Positions 21,045 through 31,450 of a stretch of 64,000 nt of DNA are shown in pieces. Numbering within the stretch: the stretch's first letter is position 1; each line of letters starts with the position of its first letter. A program made the translations under genes and the position numbers. A model generated the notes under the pieces. It ran no database searches and was not told the DNA's origin. It saw only the letters and a list, made by a program, of their open reading frames with translations. The DNA is from a virus: positions 32,001 to 96,000 of IMG/VR virus record IMGVR_UViG_3300030685_000017; one strand, 5' to 3'.

Positions 21045-21084
21045 TTGACAAAGTAACCGAAACGTGGTAAAATGAACTTACAAA
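21045..21084 (+). promoter_or_regulatory. Strong sigmaA promoter with CTTACAA initial-transcribed motif
   Basis: TTGACA-17-TAAAAT with TG extension, then GAACTTACAAAA. Confidence 0.8.
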
Positions 21085-21126
21085 AACAAAGAGCAAAAAG
21101 CTCGCCTAAAAATGGAGGAAATAATT

Positions 21127-21888
21127 ATGTCTAAATCAAAAGAAGTTGGATTCGTAAAAGTTGCACTGGTAAAAATTCTGAAAGCTGATGGAAGTGATTT
21201 TGTTACATCTAAGTTTGCAATTGCTTCTTCAATCGCTGATACTGTATTTGCAGGTTCTCTTGTAACCGTAACTGGTGAGTACAGTGATACTCCGGTACGT
21301 GTCGCAGAAGTTATTACTGCCGATGAGTGTGCAAGAAGATACAAGAATTCCGTGTACAATCATGTTGTATCTCTGCTTAATCCTGATTATGTGGATGACG
21401 ACGAGATTATCGGTCTTACCGCAGAGGATGCTAACACATTTGTACCGGCAAAAGACAAGAAAATCGCTCTTATCTGCGTTATGAAAGCTGATGGTATCAA
21501 GTGGACAAACTACAAACTTGCTATTCCGGCAAGAATGCCTGTAAAAGCAGGAGACATTGTTACAAATGATCTCTTTGACGGTTCTTATCTCAGAGTTCGT
21601 GAGGTAATTACAGCTGACGAGTGCGCTCGTAGATACGAGAAACCGGTAACACATGCAGTACATTCTGTTGTTGTTGATGTACCGGCTGGAGAGAAAGTAT
21701 ATGGTTTGACTCCGAGTGAGAGACCTGAGGATATTGAAGCGGCTACTAAGGCAAGAGATGCGAGAGCATATACTAAAGTTGATCGCAGAACACCAATCTC
21801 TATCGACTTTTCTTCTGTTGGAGAGACAAGTAGAGAAGACGCAATTGTTGCTATCGTTCTTGCGGCAATTGATGCTCTCAAAGATTGA
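21127..21888 (+). CDS. Internally duplicated protein, likely highly expressed
   Basis: Two repeats sharing KADG..RVxEVITADECARRY..GLT; own promoter and terminator. Confidence 0.85.
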   Translation: MSKSKEVGFVKVALVKILKADGSDFVTSKFAIASSIADTVFAGSLVTVTGEYSDTPVRVAEVITADECARRYKNSVYNHVVSLLNPDYVDDDEIIGLTAEDANTFVPAKDKKIALICVMKADGIKWTNYKLAIPARMPVKAGDIVTNDLFDGSYLRVREVITADECARRYEKPVTHAVHSVVVDVPAGEKVYGLTPSERPEDIEAATKARDARAYTKVDRRTPISIDFSSVGETSREDAIVAIVLAAIDALKD

Positions 21889-21902
21889 TAATTAATTAAA
21901 TT

Positions 21903-21933
21903 AAAGCGTCTACAGTAATGTAGGCGCTTTTTT
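21903..21933 (+). terminator. Rho-independent terminator
   Basis: AAAGCGTCTACA/TGTAGGCGCTTT followed by a T-tract. Confidence 0.8.
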
Positions 21934-21934
21934 C

Positions 21935-22006
21935 GGCTGATTAGTCAAGTGGATAAGACGCTTATCTCTCCGATAAGAAACATGGGTTCAAATCCTATAC
22001 CAGTCA
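21935..22006 (+). tRNA. tRNA-Glu(CTC) copy 5
   Basis: One substitution from copy 4. Confidence 0.85.
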
Positions 22007-22026
22007 TAAAAAGATTGGAGTATAAA

Positions 22027-22338
22027 ATGTCTGAACAATTTAAAATTGGAGAACGAGTATGAATAAAATCTTGGAAAGAATTAATTAAAGAGTTTCCGTT
22101 AAGAGATTCGACTACTGTATCAATTTATAATAACGTGACAGAATCACATTTATATACGTTTTATACTAAAAATTTTATTGATTTATACAAATATGGGAGA
22201 ATAATTACAATTCAAGATTCATGGAAGGATAGAACTAATGTAATTATTAAAACTGAAATTGAAACAATAATTATTGATATGAAATTAATAACTAAAATAA
22301 ATCCTATATTTATAACATTAAAGGAAAGAAGAAAATAA
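22027..22338 (+). pseudogene. Family-B gene with a single in-frame TGA (22060); tag IFITLKERRK retained
   Basis: MSEQFKIGERV*IKSWKELIKEF. Confidence 0.75.
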
Positions 22339-22339
22339 A

Positions 22340-22675
22340 ATGAAAATTATCTTAGAAAAACAATTTTGGGAAGAATTTTTAAATCAAAATAATGATATTG
22401 TTGTTTGTTGTCATACAAAAATAGAAGCAGAAACATTCTGTAAATTAATGCACGAACATGGATTAAAATGGAAAAGTGGTAACAGTTATTTAGATATTAA
22501 TAGGTGGAATAATCTATGTATTGATAAAAAATATAGTGTTAATTATACTAATCACGGATGTTACGGTACTTGTCTGGATTTTGAAAAGAGACATGACTAT
22601 ATGATTTATGAATTTTCTGATATTATATTTAAAAAAAATATTTCTTTTTTAACATTAGCTCAAAGGAGTTTATAA
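22340..22675 (+). CDS. Family-A protein with tag
   Basis: VCCHTKIEAETFCKLMHEHGLKW; ends SFLTLAQRSL. Confidence 0.82.
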   Translation: MKIILEKQFWEEFLNQNNDIVVCCHTKIEAETFCKLMHEHGLKWKSGNSYLDINRWNNLCIDKKYSVNYTNHGCYGTCLDFEKRHDYMIYEFSDIIFKKNISFLTLAQRSL

Positions 22676-22678
22676 ATT

Positions 22679-22999
22679 ATGATTAATTTAGAAATCTTTT
22701 GGAAACAATTTTGTGATCGTCATAATCATATAGCTGTTAATTGTGTTACTGAATAAGAAGCACAGAAATTTTGTAAATTAATGGATAAACACGAATTAGA
22801 ATGGGCTAACGGTTGTTGTTATAATACAGAAAATACAGGATGGAATTGTTATAATAAATCTATGTGTTATAGTAACAGCGGAACATACTGTAACCTAGAT
22901 GGCTATCGAGTACGTCATTATACTATTTATAAATTTTCTGATATATTTATTACAGATAATTCTAAATTTATGACTGTAAAGCAGAGGAATACAAAATGA
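22679..22999 (+). pseudogene. Family-A gene with a single in-frame TAA (22754); tag KFMTVKQR retained
   Basis: AVNCVTE*EAQKFCKLMDKHELEWANG. Confidence 0.8.
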
Positions 23000-23322
23000 T
23001 AAGTCAAGAGGAATTTTGGAAAAAATTTTGTGAACAAAGATTTCATATGACCGTTCATTGTAAAACAGAACAACAAGCACAACAATTTTGTCAAATGATG
23101 AAAGAGCATGGATTAACATGGAGATCAGGGAATGAACACTTAAAAAATAACACTTATTGGGAAGATTATAAAGAAGATACATGTTATTCTAATGATGGTG
23201 GCTATGGATTTATGGAGTTTTATACAAATTGTGATTATGTGATTTATGAATTTTCTAAGATATTTATTACAAAAAACACTATGTTTATGACTTTTAAGCA
23301 AAAATCATATAAATGCGGATGA
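22996..23322 (+). CDS. Family-A protein with tag
   Basis: TVHCKTEQQAQQFCQMMKEHGLTW; ends MFMTFKQK. Confidence 0.82.
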   Translation: MISQEEFWKKFCEQRFHMTVHCKTEQQAQQFCQMMKEHGLTWRSGNEHLKNNTYWEDYKEDTCYSNDGGYGFMEFYTNCDYVIYEFSKIFITKNTMFMTFKQKSYKCG

Positions 23323-23372
23323 AATCTTCCTTTCATTGAATAATAAAATGTACTAAATAATGAGGTAAAAAT

Positions 23373-23684
23373 ATGCATAAAATATTTACGATAGAAAAAT
23401 TTGTGAAAGAAAAAGATAAGCATAAAATGGCTATAATTTGTAAAACAGAGAATGAAGCAAAATTACTTTGTAAAGAACTTGATAAACAGGGGCTTTGTTG
23501 GAGTACTGGAGTGAGTTATGTTGGTAATACTAGGTGGTCTCTATTTAGTCCACAAACTAGAGCTAGATTTTATACAAATAATAATAAAATAGGTATTATT
23601 GGTAACGGAGATATGGAAGGTTTAGATTATTGCTTTTTTACAGAAACTCGAATGAAAAATAGAATTTCAAACATTTTCAAATAG
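23373..23684 (+). CDS. Family-A protein (no clear tag)
   Basis: AIICKTENEAKLLCKELDKQGLCW. Confidence 0.78.
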   Translation: MHKIFTIEKFVKEKDKHKMAIICKTENEAKLLCKELDKQGLCWSTGVSYVGNTRWSLFSPQTRARFYTNNNKIGIIGNGDMEGLDYCFFTETRMKNRISNIFK

Positions 23685-23789
23685 ACAAGAAAATTCTAAA
23701 TTATAATATAGTTATTGTTCCTGTTATTCTTATAAAATCTAATAATAATGATAATGTGTTTTTTCAAACTTTTAAAGAGAGGATATAGA

Positions 23790-24098
23790 ATGCACACTTT
23801 TACAGCAGGTCAGAAAATAAAAATAAAAAGTTTAAAAAAATTAATAAGACAGTATGGTACAGTACAAAGTATAACTGTCCTTGGTATGAAAACATTTCTA
23901 AATTTACCGGAACGTTCTATGACTTTAGATTATATATCTTGGGTATATGGGTATGAAAAACATTATACAATCATACGTAAAGTGGAATGCGCATATTATG
24001 AAGTAAAAGAACTTTCTAGTGTACATCTAATTCCCGTATCGTTAATAGAACCATGTAATAATTTAAACTTTCAGACTTTTAAAGAAAGGACTGGATAG
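23790..24098 (+). CDS. Family-B protein with tag
   Basis: MHTFTAGQKIKIKSL; ends NFQTFKERTG. Confidence 0.78.
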   Translation: MHTFTAGQKIKIKSLKKLIRQYGTVQSITVLGMKTFLNLPERSMTLDYISWVYGYEKHYTIIRKVECAYYEVKELSSVHLIPVSLIEPCNNLNFQTFKERTG

Positions 24099-24102
24099 AA
24101 TT

Positions 24103-24441
24103 ATGACTAGTTTTAAATTTTGGAAAAATTTTAATGATCAAAATTTAGATATCATGATTTCTGTAAAAAATGTATTAGAATATTTTGCTTTATGTAAATT
24201 ATTAACTGATAAAGGATATCATCATGCGGGTGGTGCAAGTTATTTAGAATATGCGTTACAAAACGCAATTACTCATGGAGAAATGCGGGGAATATCTAAT
24301 CATGGATTATATATGATGGCAAGAGTTCCTGCGAATATGTATCGTTATACCATTTATGATTATGAAACAGTCCTATCTTTTATAGGATTAGAAAACACAG
24401 ATTTTTGTACTTTTAAAGATAAAATAAAAGTACTTAAATAG
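24103..24441 (+). CDS. Divergent family-A protein with tag
   Basis: FWKNF..LCKLL..KGY..GASY; ends DFCTFKDK. Confidence 0.75.
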   Translation: MTSFKFWKNFNDQNLDIMISVKNVLEYFALCKLLTDKGYHHAGGASYLEYALQNAITHGEMRGISNHGLYMMARVPANMYRYTIYDYETVLSFIGLENTDFCTFKDKIKVLK

Positions 24442-24508
24442 AATTTATGAATTATTGTAACTTGAAACTTAAAAAAATTATTAAAAAAAAAGAAAAGAGG
24501 ATATTAGA

Positions 24509-26539
24509 ATGGGTCAGAAAGTAATTTATTTAAATAAAGTAATAGAAATTGGTGGAAAATATTATTTCACTTCTCATGAAAAAATGGGAGAAGTTCTTTC
24601 AGTAAGTGAAGATACAAAATCTATGGATGTACAATGGGCTGATGGAACAAAAGAAACTCTTTCAGATGCATTAAATACTATTAAATCCACAGTCGTTATT
24701 GTGGATAATACGGAAGTATATTGTAGTATTACTTCTCGTGTAGCTGAAAAAATGGGAATTCCAATTGAGAAATTTAAGAAAGATCCTACACCGGCAGTAG
24801 AAGAAGGAACAGAAAATATTCCTCCGGTTGAAGAAGAAATGATTAACGCAATGTCTCATAACGGAGATATCATGAGTATTTATGGAGAGGTAACTTTTCC
24901 CGACGAACTGGGAGAAGATCCTGTCTTTATATTACTTGACCCAACAGATGATAAATTGATCTGTTGCAATGTAGAAGCATTCAAAGAGAAATATGTTATA
25001 GAAGAAATAGTTTCTACAACATTGGCAATGAGTGGAAATTGGTCTCCAACTCCCGCAATAGTTAAGGAATTGAATAAACAGATCATAACTTTGCTAACAG
25101 AATATAAGCATAAGGCTAGTTTTGCCGGAGTTCAAAAGAACTTGGAAGTTTGGGCACAAAATAAGGCGGGTCTTGCTAATATGATGAGTAAACATCCGGG
25201 GTGGAATCCTGATAAACTGTGGATTGAAACAGAAGAGCCGTTTGATCTACAGAAAAATCCTGAAAATATACAGATGTTCTTTGATACAATCATAGATAAA
25301 TCTAATGAGGTATTAAAGCTATCTGTATTTGAAGTCGGAGGAGATACATATACTTATGATGAACTTGCAAATTTTGTAAGTGGGATACAACGTTTACTTG
25401 AGTGTGGATTTCAGGCAAAGAATACTTCTGGAAGATATAAAACAATTCTTAATCCGACATATGATACAAAAATGCGTAGTAAAATTGTTGTATCATACGA
25501 TGGTAAAACAGAAGATGAAATAAGAGGGTTTTATAAAGAAATTCATAGAATTTATCACGATGCTGATCAGTATACAAAAGAATCTAAAGATAATTATGAT
25601 AAGATTAAGAGGTTCTGTAATAAATTTAGAGAAATTACAGAAGATTTCATCACGGGAGATCTGAAAATGTGGGTGGATAATTATTTTCCTGAATTATCTG
25701 TTCATGATGGTCAAAAAACTTCAAAAATTGTTCGTAAATTCTTTGATCAATTCCCTGACATTACAGGTATTAAGGGAACTAAAGAAGAAGTTGTTATGGA
25801 TGAGAATGGAGAACACACAACTCGTACAAAGACTATAAATGTATTTGAGATTGCTTTTGCTAAATATTCGGATTCTATTAATCCGGTTGCCGCAAAACGT
25901 AAAGTAATTTTCTCTATCAATCCAATCGACTTTTTAACTGAAAGTTTTGGTGTAAATTGGAGTTCATGCCATACAATTGATAAGCAGAATCTTAGACATG
26001 TTGATTCTTCTCATAATTATCAGGGTATGAATTGTGGAGGTTGTGTATCTTACATGAACGATAGTTGTTCTATTGTAATGTATACGGTTGATGGGAAATA
26101 TAAAGGTAAAGAATTCTGCTTTGAATCTAAAATTCAGAGAAATATCTTCTTTGTTGGAAAAGACTATTTTGTACAGTCAAGACAGTATCCTGATGGTCGT
26201 GATGGAGGACAAAAATCTCTTGCAGAGCAGTTCAGAAAATATTTCATTAAAATGCTGGGCGATTGCACGGAGCTTGAGAACACTAATACTAAATGGAAAA
26301 AAGTTTCAGGTTCAAATGAGTGTTCTAATGTAGCAACAGATTATCAGGGAGCTTTCCATTATCCTGATTATCGAAATGCTTCTGAATGTTCGGTAAGTTA
26401 TTACAAGTATACATCTTCTAAGACGGCAAAAGTAAATGCAAAAGATAAGATTGTCGTTGGATATACTGCATTCAGTATGGTTGATGGAACACCTCTTGAA
26501 AAGAAAGACAGACTTGATAATAAGGGCTGTGAAGATTAA
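24509..26539 (+). CDS. Large phage protein of unknown function (SINPIDFLT..WSSCH motif)
   Basis: 676-aa ORF with conserved-looking C-terminal domain; followed by terminator 26552-26583. Confidence 0.8.
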   Translation: MGQKVIYLNKVIEIGGKYYFTSHEKMGEVLSVSEDTKSMDVQWADGTKETLSDALNTIKSTVVIVDNTEVYCSITSRVAEKMGIPIEKFKKDPTPAVEEGTENIPPVEEEMINAMSHNGDIMSIYGEVTFPDELGEDPVFILLDPTDDKLICCNVEAFKEKYVIEEIVSTTLAMSGNWSPTPAIVKELNKQIITLLTEYKHKASFAGVQKNLEVWAQNKAGLANMMSKHPGWNPDKLWIETEEPFDLQKNPENIQMFFDTIIDKSNEVLKLSVFEVGGDTYTYDELANFVSGIQRLLECGFQAKNTSGRYKTILNPTYDTKMRSKIVVSYDGKTEDEIRGFYKEIHRIYHDADQYTKESKDNYDKIKRFCNKFREITEDFITGDLKMWVDNYFPELSVHDGQKTSKIVRKFFDQFPDITGIKGTKEEVVMDENGEHTTRTKTINVFEIAFAKYSDSINPVAAKRKVIFSINPIDFLTESFGVNWSSCHTIDKQNLRHVDSSHNYQGMNCGGCVSYMNDSCSIVMYTVDGKYKGKEFCFESKIQRNIFFVGKDYFVQSRQYPDGRDGGQKSLAEQFRKYFIKMLGDCTELENTNTKWKKVSGSNECSNVATDYQGAFHYPDYRNASECSVSYYKYTSSKTAKVNAKDKIVVGYTAFSMVDGTPLEKKDRLDNKGCED

Positions 26540-26551
26540 TAAAAGTTACGC

Positions 26552-26583
26552 AAAAACCGATAGCATAATTACTATCGGTTTTT
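26552..26583 (+). terminator. Rho-independent terminator
   Basis: AAAAACCGATAG/CTATCGGTTTTT. Confidence 0.75.
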
Positions 26584-26644
26584 GCGCTTTCAAATATATA
26601 TAATAGTTATGTATATTTTAGAGCGCAAAATAGAAAGGGTATAT

Positions 26645-29158
26645 ATGGAAAATTTTACTTGGGAGTGGTTTAAAGATCAAAAACAGTCAAAAGCCATTAT
26701 ATGTCACGCATATAATGAAACAGTTATTTTATTTAAGATGTTAGACGCTCTAAATTTAGGTTGGGGATGGAATTTACCTGATAGATCTACAGATGAGATT
26801 ATTGATCCTTACTCTAAGTACAATCCTTGGACAATTGATAGTGATTGTTTATATGTAGATAATAAGGGTGATGCCGTACATACATTAAAATCTGCATTAG
26901 AGCGTTATGAAATTATTATTGATTTTAAAGATATACCGATAGAACTTAAAAATGAATTTTATGATAAACCTATTTTAAATTCTAATAACTTTTTCCAGAG
27001 ATTCGTGGCAGAAAGTTTTAATATAGGAATAACATGTACAAATAAAAAGCAATTTTTACAATTTTTAGTGCTGATTGTTGAAAAGCATCCAGAAATTATT
27101 TTGGATGAATTTTTAAATACACATTTTAATGAAATTATACAAGAAGCTTATTCGGAAGTTAATCGAGTTGCCGCATATAAAAAATATTATTTTTATTGCG
27201 TTTATAATACAGATGATCAGAATATTTGTTATGTGGGATATATTTATGATGAAGATATTAATGGCTTACAATTATGGGAAAAGTTAAATCATTTATATGA
27301 TTTTTATGAAGTATTTCCATATATAACAGAAAGGGTAAATGAGATGAAAAAAGAACATGATGTACCATTTTCTTGGGAAGATTTCTTTAATGATAGTAAT
27401 TATTATTACGTTTATTGCAAAACAAGACAGGAGATATCACAATTTTTTGATTTTCTAATTCAAGCCGGAATAGCTACGTATGTAGAACTGGAAGAAATGA
27501 TTAAAGATAGAGAAGTATTTTTAAATCAGGTTTTAGACGGATCAAAAAATGGTATACTGGTAGATAACCGCGGTGCATGGTACAGTTATCGAGATATAGA
27601 TGCAAGAGATAAATATGTCTATACTTTCGAAGAAGTACTTGAAAACAGTAAGGGAGAACAAATGGACTTTAATCAAGTAGACGAAGTAATAAAGAATGGA
27701 GAAATAGAAATGGATAATACAGAAGAAGTAAAAGAAAAAGAAGTAACAGAAACAAAAGCGACGGGAACTGAAATTACTATAAATACAGTAGTGGATAAAG
27801 AATTACCAATAAAAAATACAGCTTATTCAAGTAAATGTTGGAAAATGAAAGTTACAGCAATTTCTGCTATATCAACAGCTCCAATAGGTAGTGTAATTTT
27901 AAATAAAATTTATGAAGTAAAAGATGGAATTATAATATTGGAAAATGGGATTAAGGCTAAAAAATCTTATTTTTCATATTATAATTTTCATACAGAAGAT
28001 ACAGATTATGGAGATAAGGCTGGTATATCTTGGCAATATATTTATAATTATACAGATACGAAAAAAGAAAAGAAAAAAGAAAAAGTTGTTGACACAGGTA
28101 TACCTTGTAATAAATTTCTTGAAAGATGTTTTAGACCAAAACAGGATAAGCTAAAAGAACAACTTATTAAAGATCTGAAAGAAGTGGGATATGCTCCGAT
28201 AGTTGGTGATGGATATATTTATGCTGTGGGAGATTTTCCTGTTCTTTTAACAGCACATATGGATACGGTTCATAAAAGTGCTCCATATGTAATTGCTATG
28301 GGATATTTAGAAAGAGATAAAAAGAAACTAACTGGAGTAATGTCTCCTCAAGGAATAGGTGGGGATGATCGTTGTGGTATTTATATGATTTTACAATTAG
28401 TGAAAACATATAAATGTTCTATACTTTTTTGTGAAGATGAAGAAATTGGTTGTGTAGGAGTTAAGAAATTTATAAAGTCAATGCCGGGAGTAGTAAATAA
28501 TTTAAAAATTCAATGTAATTATATAATTGAACTTGATCGTAAAGGCAGTGATGATGCTGTATTTTATAATTGTGATAATAAAGATTTTGAGACCTTTATC
28601 ACAACTAAAACTAAATTTAAAAAAGCTTTCGGATCTTGTTCTGATATATCTTATCTTGCACCAGCGGTAGGACTTGCGGCAGTAAATTTCAGTTGTGCTT
28701 ATTATAATCCTCATACGGATGATGAATATGTACTTTTGGAAGAGTTGGAAGAAAATATAGAGGAAATTAAAAAACTTCTTACCATATCAGAAACCTGTGG
28801 CGCATATGATTATATAGAAAAAACTTATAATTATGCCGGTGGTAAAGGTTATACAAATAATTATCATAATTATAATGCAGATGATGCTTATGATGCTGAA
28901 GAGGATTATGCTAAAAGTTATTTCAAACCTGTTAAAGCTACAAAGAAAGATAAAAAGTCTTCTGTTATAAATAAATCAAAACCGAAATCTATTCCTGCGG
29001 ACACTTTAGATATCACTATGGAAGTAATATTTTTTCGTTCTGGTATTGAAACCACTACAGAAGTATCTGGATTCACTAAAGCAGAACTTTGGTTTAATTT
29101 TTTCATGGATAATCCAGATATCTGTTATAACGATGTCTCAGATTACAGTATTTTTTAA
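26645..29158 (+). CDS. Zn-dependent exopeptidase (M28/M20-like) with N-terminal family-A repeats and a family-D-like domain
   Basis: LTAHMDTVH, GGDDRCG, EDEEIGCVG, IELDRKG, SDI, YNPHTDDE metal-ligand motifs. Confidence 0.85.
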   Translation: MENFTWEWFKDQKQSKAIICHAYNETVILFKMLDALNLGWGWNLPDRSTDEIIDPYSKYNPWTIDSDCLYVDNKGDAVHTLKSALERYEIIIDFKDIPIELKNEFYDKPILNSNNFFQRFVAESFNIGITCTNKKQFLQFLVLIVEKHPEIILDEFLNTHFNEIIQEAYSEVNRVAAYKKYYFYCVYNTDDQNICYVGYIYDEDINGLQLWEKLNHLYDFYEVFPYITERVNEMKKEHDVPFSWEDFFNDSNYYYVYCKTRQEISQFFDFLIQAGIATYVELEEMIKDREVFLNQVLDGSKNGILVDNRGAWYSYRDIDARDKYVYTFEEVLENSKGEQMDFNQVDEVIKNGEIEMDNTEEVKEKEVTETKATGTEITINTVVDKELPIKNTAYSSKCWKMKVTAISAISTAPIGSVILNKIYEVKDGIIILENGIKAKKSYFSYYNFHTEDTDYGDKAGISWQYIYNYTDTKKEKKKEKVVDTGIPCNKFLERCFRPKQDKLKEQLIKDLKEVGYAPIVGDGYIYAVGDFPVLLTAHMDTVHKSAPYVIAMGYLERDKKKLTGVMSPQGIGGDDRCGIYMILQLVKTYKCSILFCEDEEIGCVGVKKFIKSMPGVVNNLKIQCNYIIELDRKGSDDAVFYNCDNKDFETFITTKTKFKKAFGSCSDISYLAPAVGLAAVNFSCAYYNPHTDDEYVLLEELEENIEEIKKLLTISETCGAYDYIEKTYNYAGGKGYTNNYHNYNADDAYDAEEDYAKSYFKPVKATKKDKKSSVINKSKPKSIPADTLDITMEVIFFRSGIETTTEVSGFTKAELWFNFFMDNPDICYNDVSDYSIF

Positions 29159-29173
29159 GAAAGAGGTGATATA

Positions 29174-29227
29174 ATGGGTGGAGATAAAACAGTAGGTGGC
29201 TATATTTCTGACATTGATCGTGGTTAA
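29174..29227 (+). CDS. 17-aa peptide MGGDKTVGGYISDIDRG
   Basis: GAGGTGA RBS 3 nt before ATG. Confidence 0.35.
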   Translation: MGGDKTVGGYISDIDRG

Positions 29228-29260
29228 ATAATGTATCACAAACATTGTTAAAATTGGAGT

Positions 29261-29326
29261 ACTTAGTTGGTCTAAATGGAAGGACGCTTATGCGTAGAAA
29301 CGTGAGTTCGATTCTCACACTGAGAT
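29261..29326 (+). ncRNA. tRNA-like element with shortened anticodon arm
   Basis: CTTAGT/ACTGAG acceptor; GTC/GAC D-arm; GTGAG-TTCGATT-CTCAC. Confidence 0.6.
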
Positions 29327-29342
29327 TATTGGAGGTATATAA

Positions 29343-29997
29343 ATGAGACAATTTAAAGTTGGACAAAAAATTAAAATTAAAAAATTAGAAGAATTAAAAA
29401 AGTATGGTGAAATAGACTGTGATGGTAATTTACGTTTTTATGATAGTGAATGTTATTTTATACGGAAAGATGAATATAAAGCAATAAAAAATAAATATAT
29501 GACCATTACAGATATTCATTATGGTATAAAACAGAAGGGACTTCAATATTTAGGTTTTAACGCAGAAAAAGAATATGATGGATTTTTAACAAATGAAATG
29601 GTAACAACATCAACAAGTGAAAGTCCTTTCTTTATGACTTTCAAAGATATTATACTGAGAATAGATAATGAAAAGTGATATGAATAAATTTATAGAGCGT
29701 AAAGATGATATTGAAATACTTGTTACAACAAAAGATCAAGCAAGAATTGTTTGTAAATTTATGAAAAGATTAGGTTGGACATGGGAACACGGAACATCAT
29801 ATAATAATACTTATTGGTCTGAATGTATTTCAAGGGTGTATTATGATAATCATGGGGGCGCACATACCGTTCCACATAGTTTGTCAAAAACCACTATTTC
29901 GTTTCAAGAATTTATAGAATTTTTAATATTTTCTAAACATAAGAATTTTTTAACTTTTAAAGAGAAAGAAGAATATACAAATTTTATAAATAGTTAA
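29343..29997 (+). CDS. Family-B (29343-29678) and family-A (29668-29997) proteins, both tagged
   Basis: Ends FFMTFKDI and NFLTFKEK. Confidence 0.8.
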
Positions 29998-30021
29998 TAT
30001 AATTAGACAGGAGAGACTACA

Positions 30022-30915
30022 ATGAAATATATAGAAAGATTAAATTATAACAATAAAATAACCATTAAATTAGTGATACCAAGTTCATGTAATGCTCATT
30101 GTCAATTTTGTTATATGAATGATTATAAAGATATAATGAAAAATAATCAACAAGAATTTTTAAATCATTTTATTGATTCTTTGAATTATCTATTAAAAAA
30201 GATCAATAATAAAGATTCTGTGTCTTTAGATATTACTGGAAATGAACCTACATTTGATATAGAATTATTAATAAAAGTATTAAATATGTTGAAGCAATAT
30301 AATATTCAAGATAAAGTTTCTAGGGTTACATTTACAACAAATGGATTTAATCTATTAAAAGTAATTCCATATTTTAAAAATGTGATTAATTATGTTAATA
30401 TTTCAATGCATCATTATAATCAGGAAGAAAGAAATAAAATATTCAAAACGAATACTCCTTCCAATTATGATTATAAATTAATGGTAGATAAATTAGCAGA
30501 TATTGGAATAAAAACATCTTCTACCTGTGTAACATATAAATCTATTGAAAATTTTAAAAAGTTTATGAATATTTATATATCTTTTTGTAAAGAAATTGGT
30601 TTTGTTTCTGTTAGATTTAGGGATAATGTTTTTTGGAAAGATAGTCAATTTGATATTTATATGAATTTAGCTTTGAATGATGATCAATTTGAAGTTATTC
30701 AGTGTGAGAATACTTCCGATAGTAAATGGTGCAGACTTAAAATGAAAGATAAATTTAGAGTCTTTTTTTTACATGGAGTAAAAGATACTTCTTCTGTAAG
30801 TAAAGGAATAGAATATGTAATTGCAGATGATGGAAAATGTTATACTGATTTTTATAAAAAAGAATCGATAGAAAATTATAAATTGTTAATTGGTAAAATA
30901 TACGATATTAAGTGA
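30022..30915 (+). CDS. Radical SAM protein
   Basis: CNAHCQFC (CxxxCxxC), ITGNEP, FTTNG, VNISMH. Confidence 0.9.
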   Translation: MKYIERLNYNNKITIKLVIPSSCNAHCQFCYMNDYKDIMKNNQQEFLNHFIDSLNYLLKKINNKDSVSLDITGNEPTFDIELLIKVLNMLKQYNIQDKVSRVTFTTNGFNLLKVIPYFKNVINYVNISMHHYNQEERNKIFKTNTPSNYDYKLMVDKLADIGIKTSSTCVTYKSIENFKKFMNIYISFCKEIGFVSVRFRDNVFWKDSQFDIYMNLALNDDQFEVIQCENTSDSKWCRLKMKDKFRVFFLHGVKDTSSVSKGIEYVIADDGKCYTDFYKKESIENYKLLIGKIYDIK

Positions 30916-30930
30916 ATGGAGATATAAAAT

Positions 30931-31446
30931 ATGTATAAAAAATTACAATTGATTAAAAATATATATGTAATAGATGCACAAGAAGAAGAAACAGATTTAA
31001 TGATTTACGGAAATATTTCTTTTAAAAGACAAAATCGTAATCATTTTACATTTGTAGTTGGACAAACATATGATTATAAATCAGTTGAGAATGGTATCAT
31101 TATTTTTTCAGATAATCAAAGAAATGATAATGAATTTAAAATTTTGATTCCACAAAAACGAATATTACAGTATGTTTGTGTAAATTAAAAAAAAGGATGA
31201 ATTATTATGACAAAAAGACAAAATGAAAATTTGGATAATTGTTCAAAAGAACAATTAATTAATATAATTAAACAAATGTATTCTAATGAATTTTCGATTT
31301 CTGAAATTTTAATAGATGCTTCTAAACAACATATAGATAATGATGTGGCTTTAGAAAAAATAAGACTACATTTATACAATAATAGTTTTGATTTTTCTAT
31401 TTCTATACCAGAACAAATCAAATATTTTTTAAAGATAAGGAAATAA
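30931..31446 (+). CDS. Two hypothetical genes (30931-31188, 31207-31446)
   Basis: RBS-preceded ORFs. Confidence 0.6.
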
Positions 31447-31450
31447 TATT

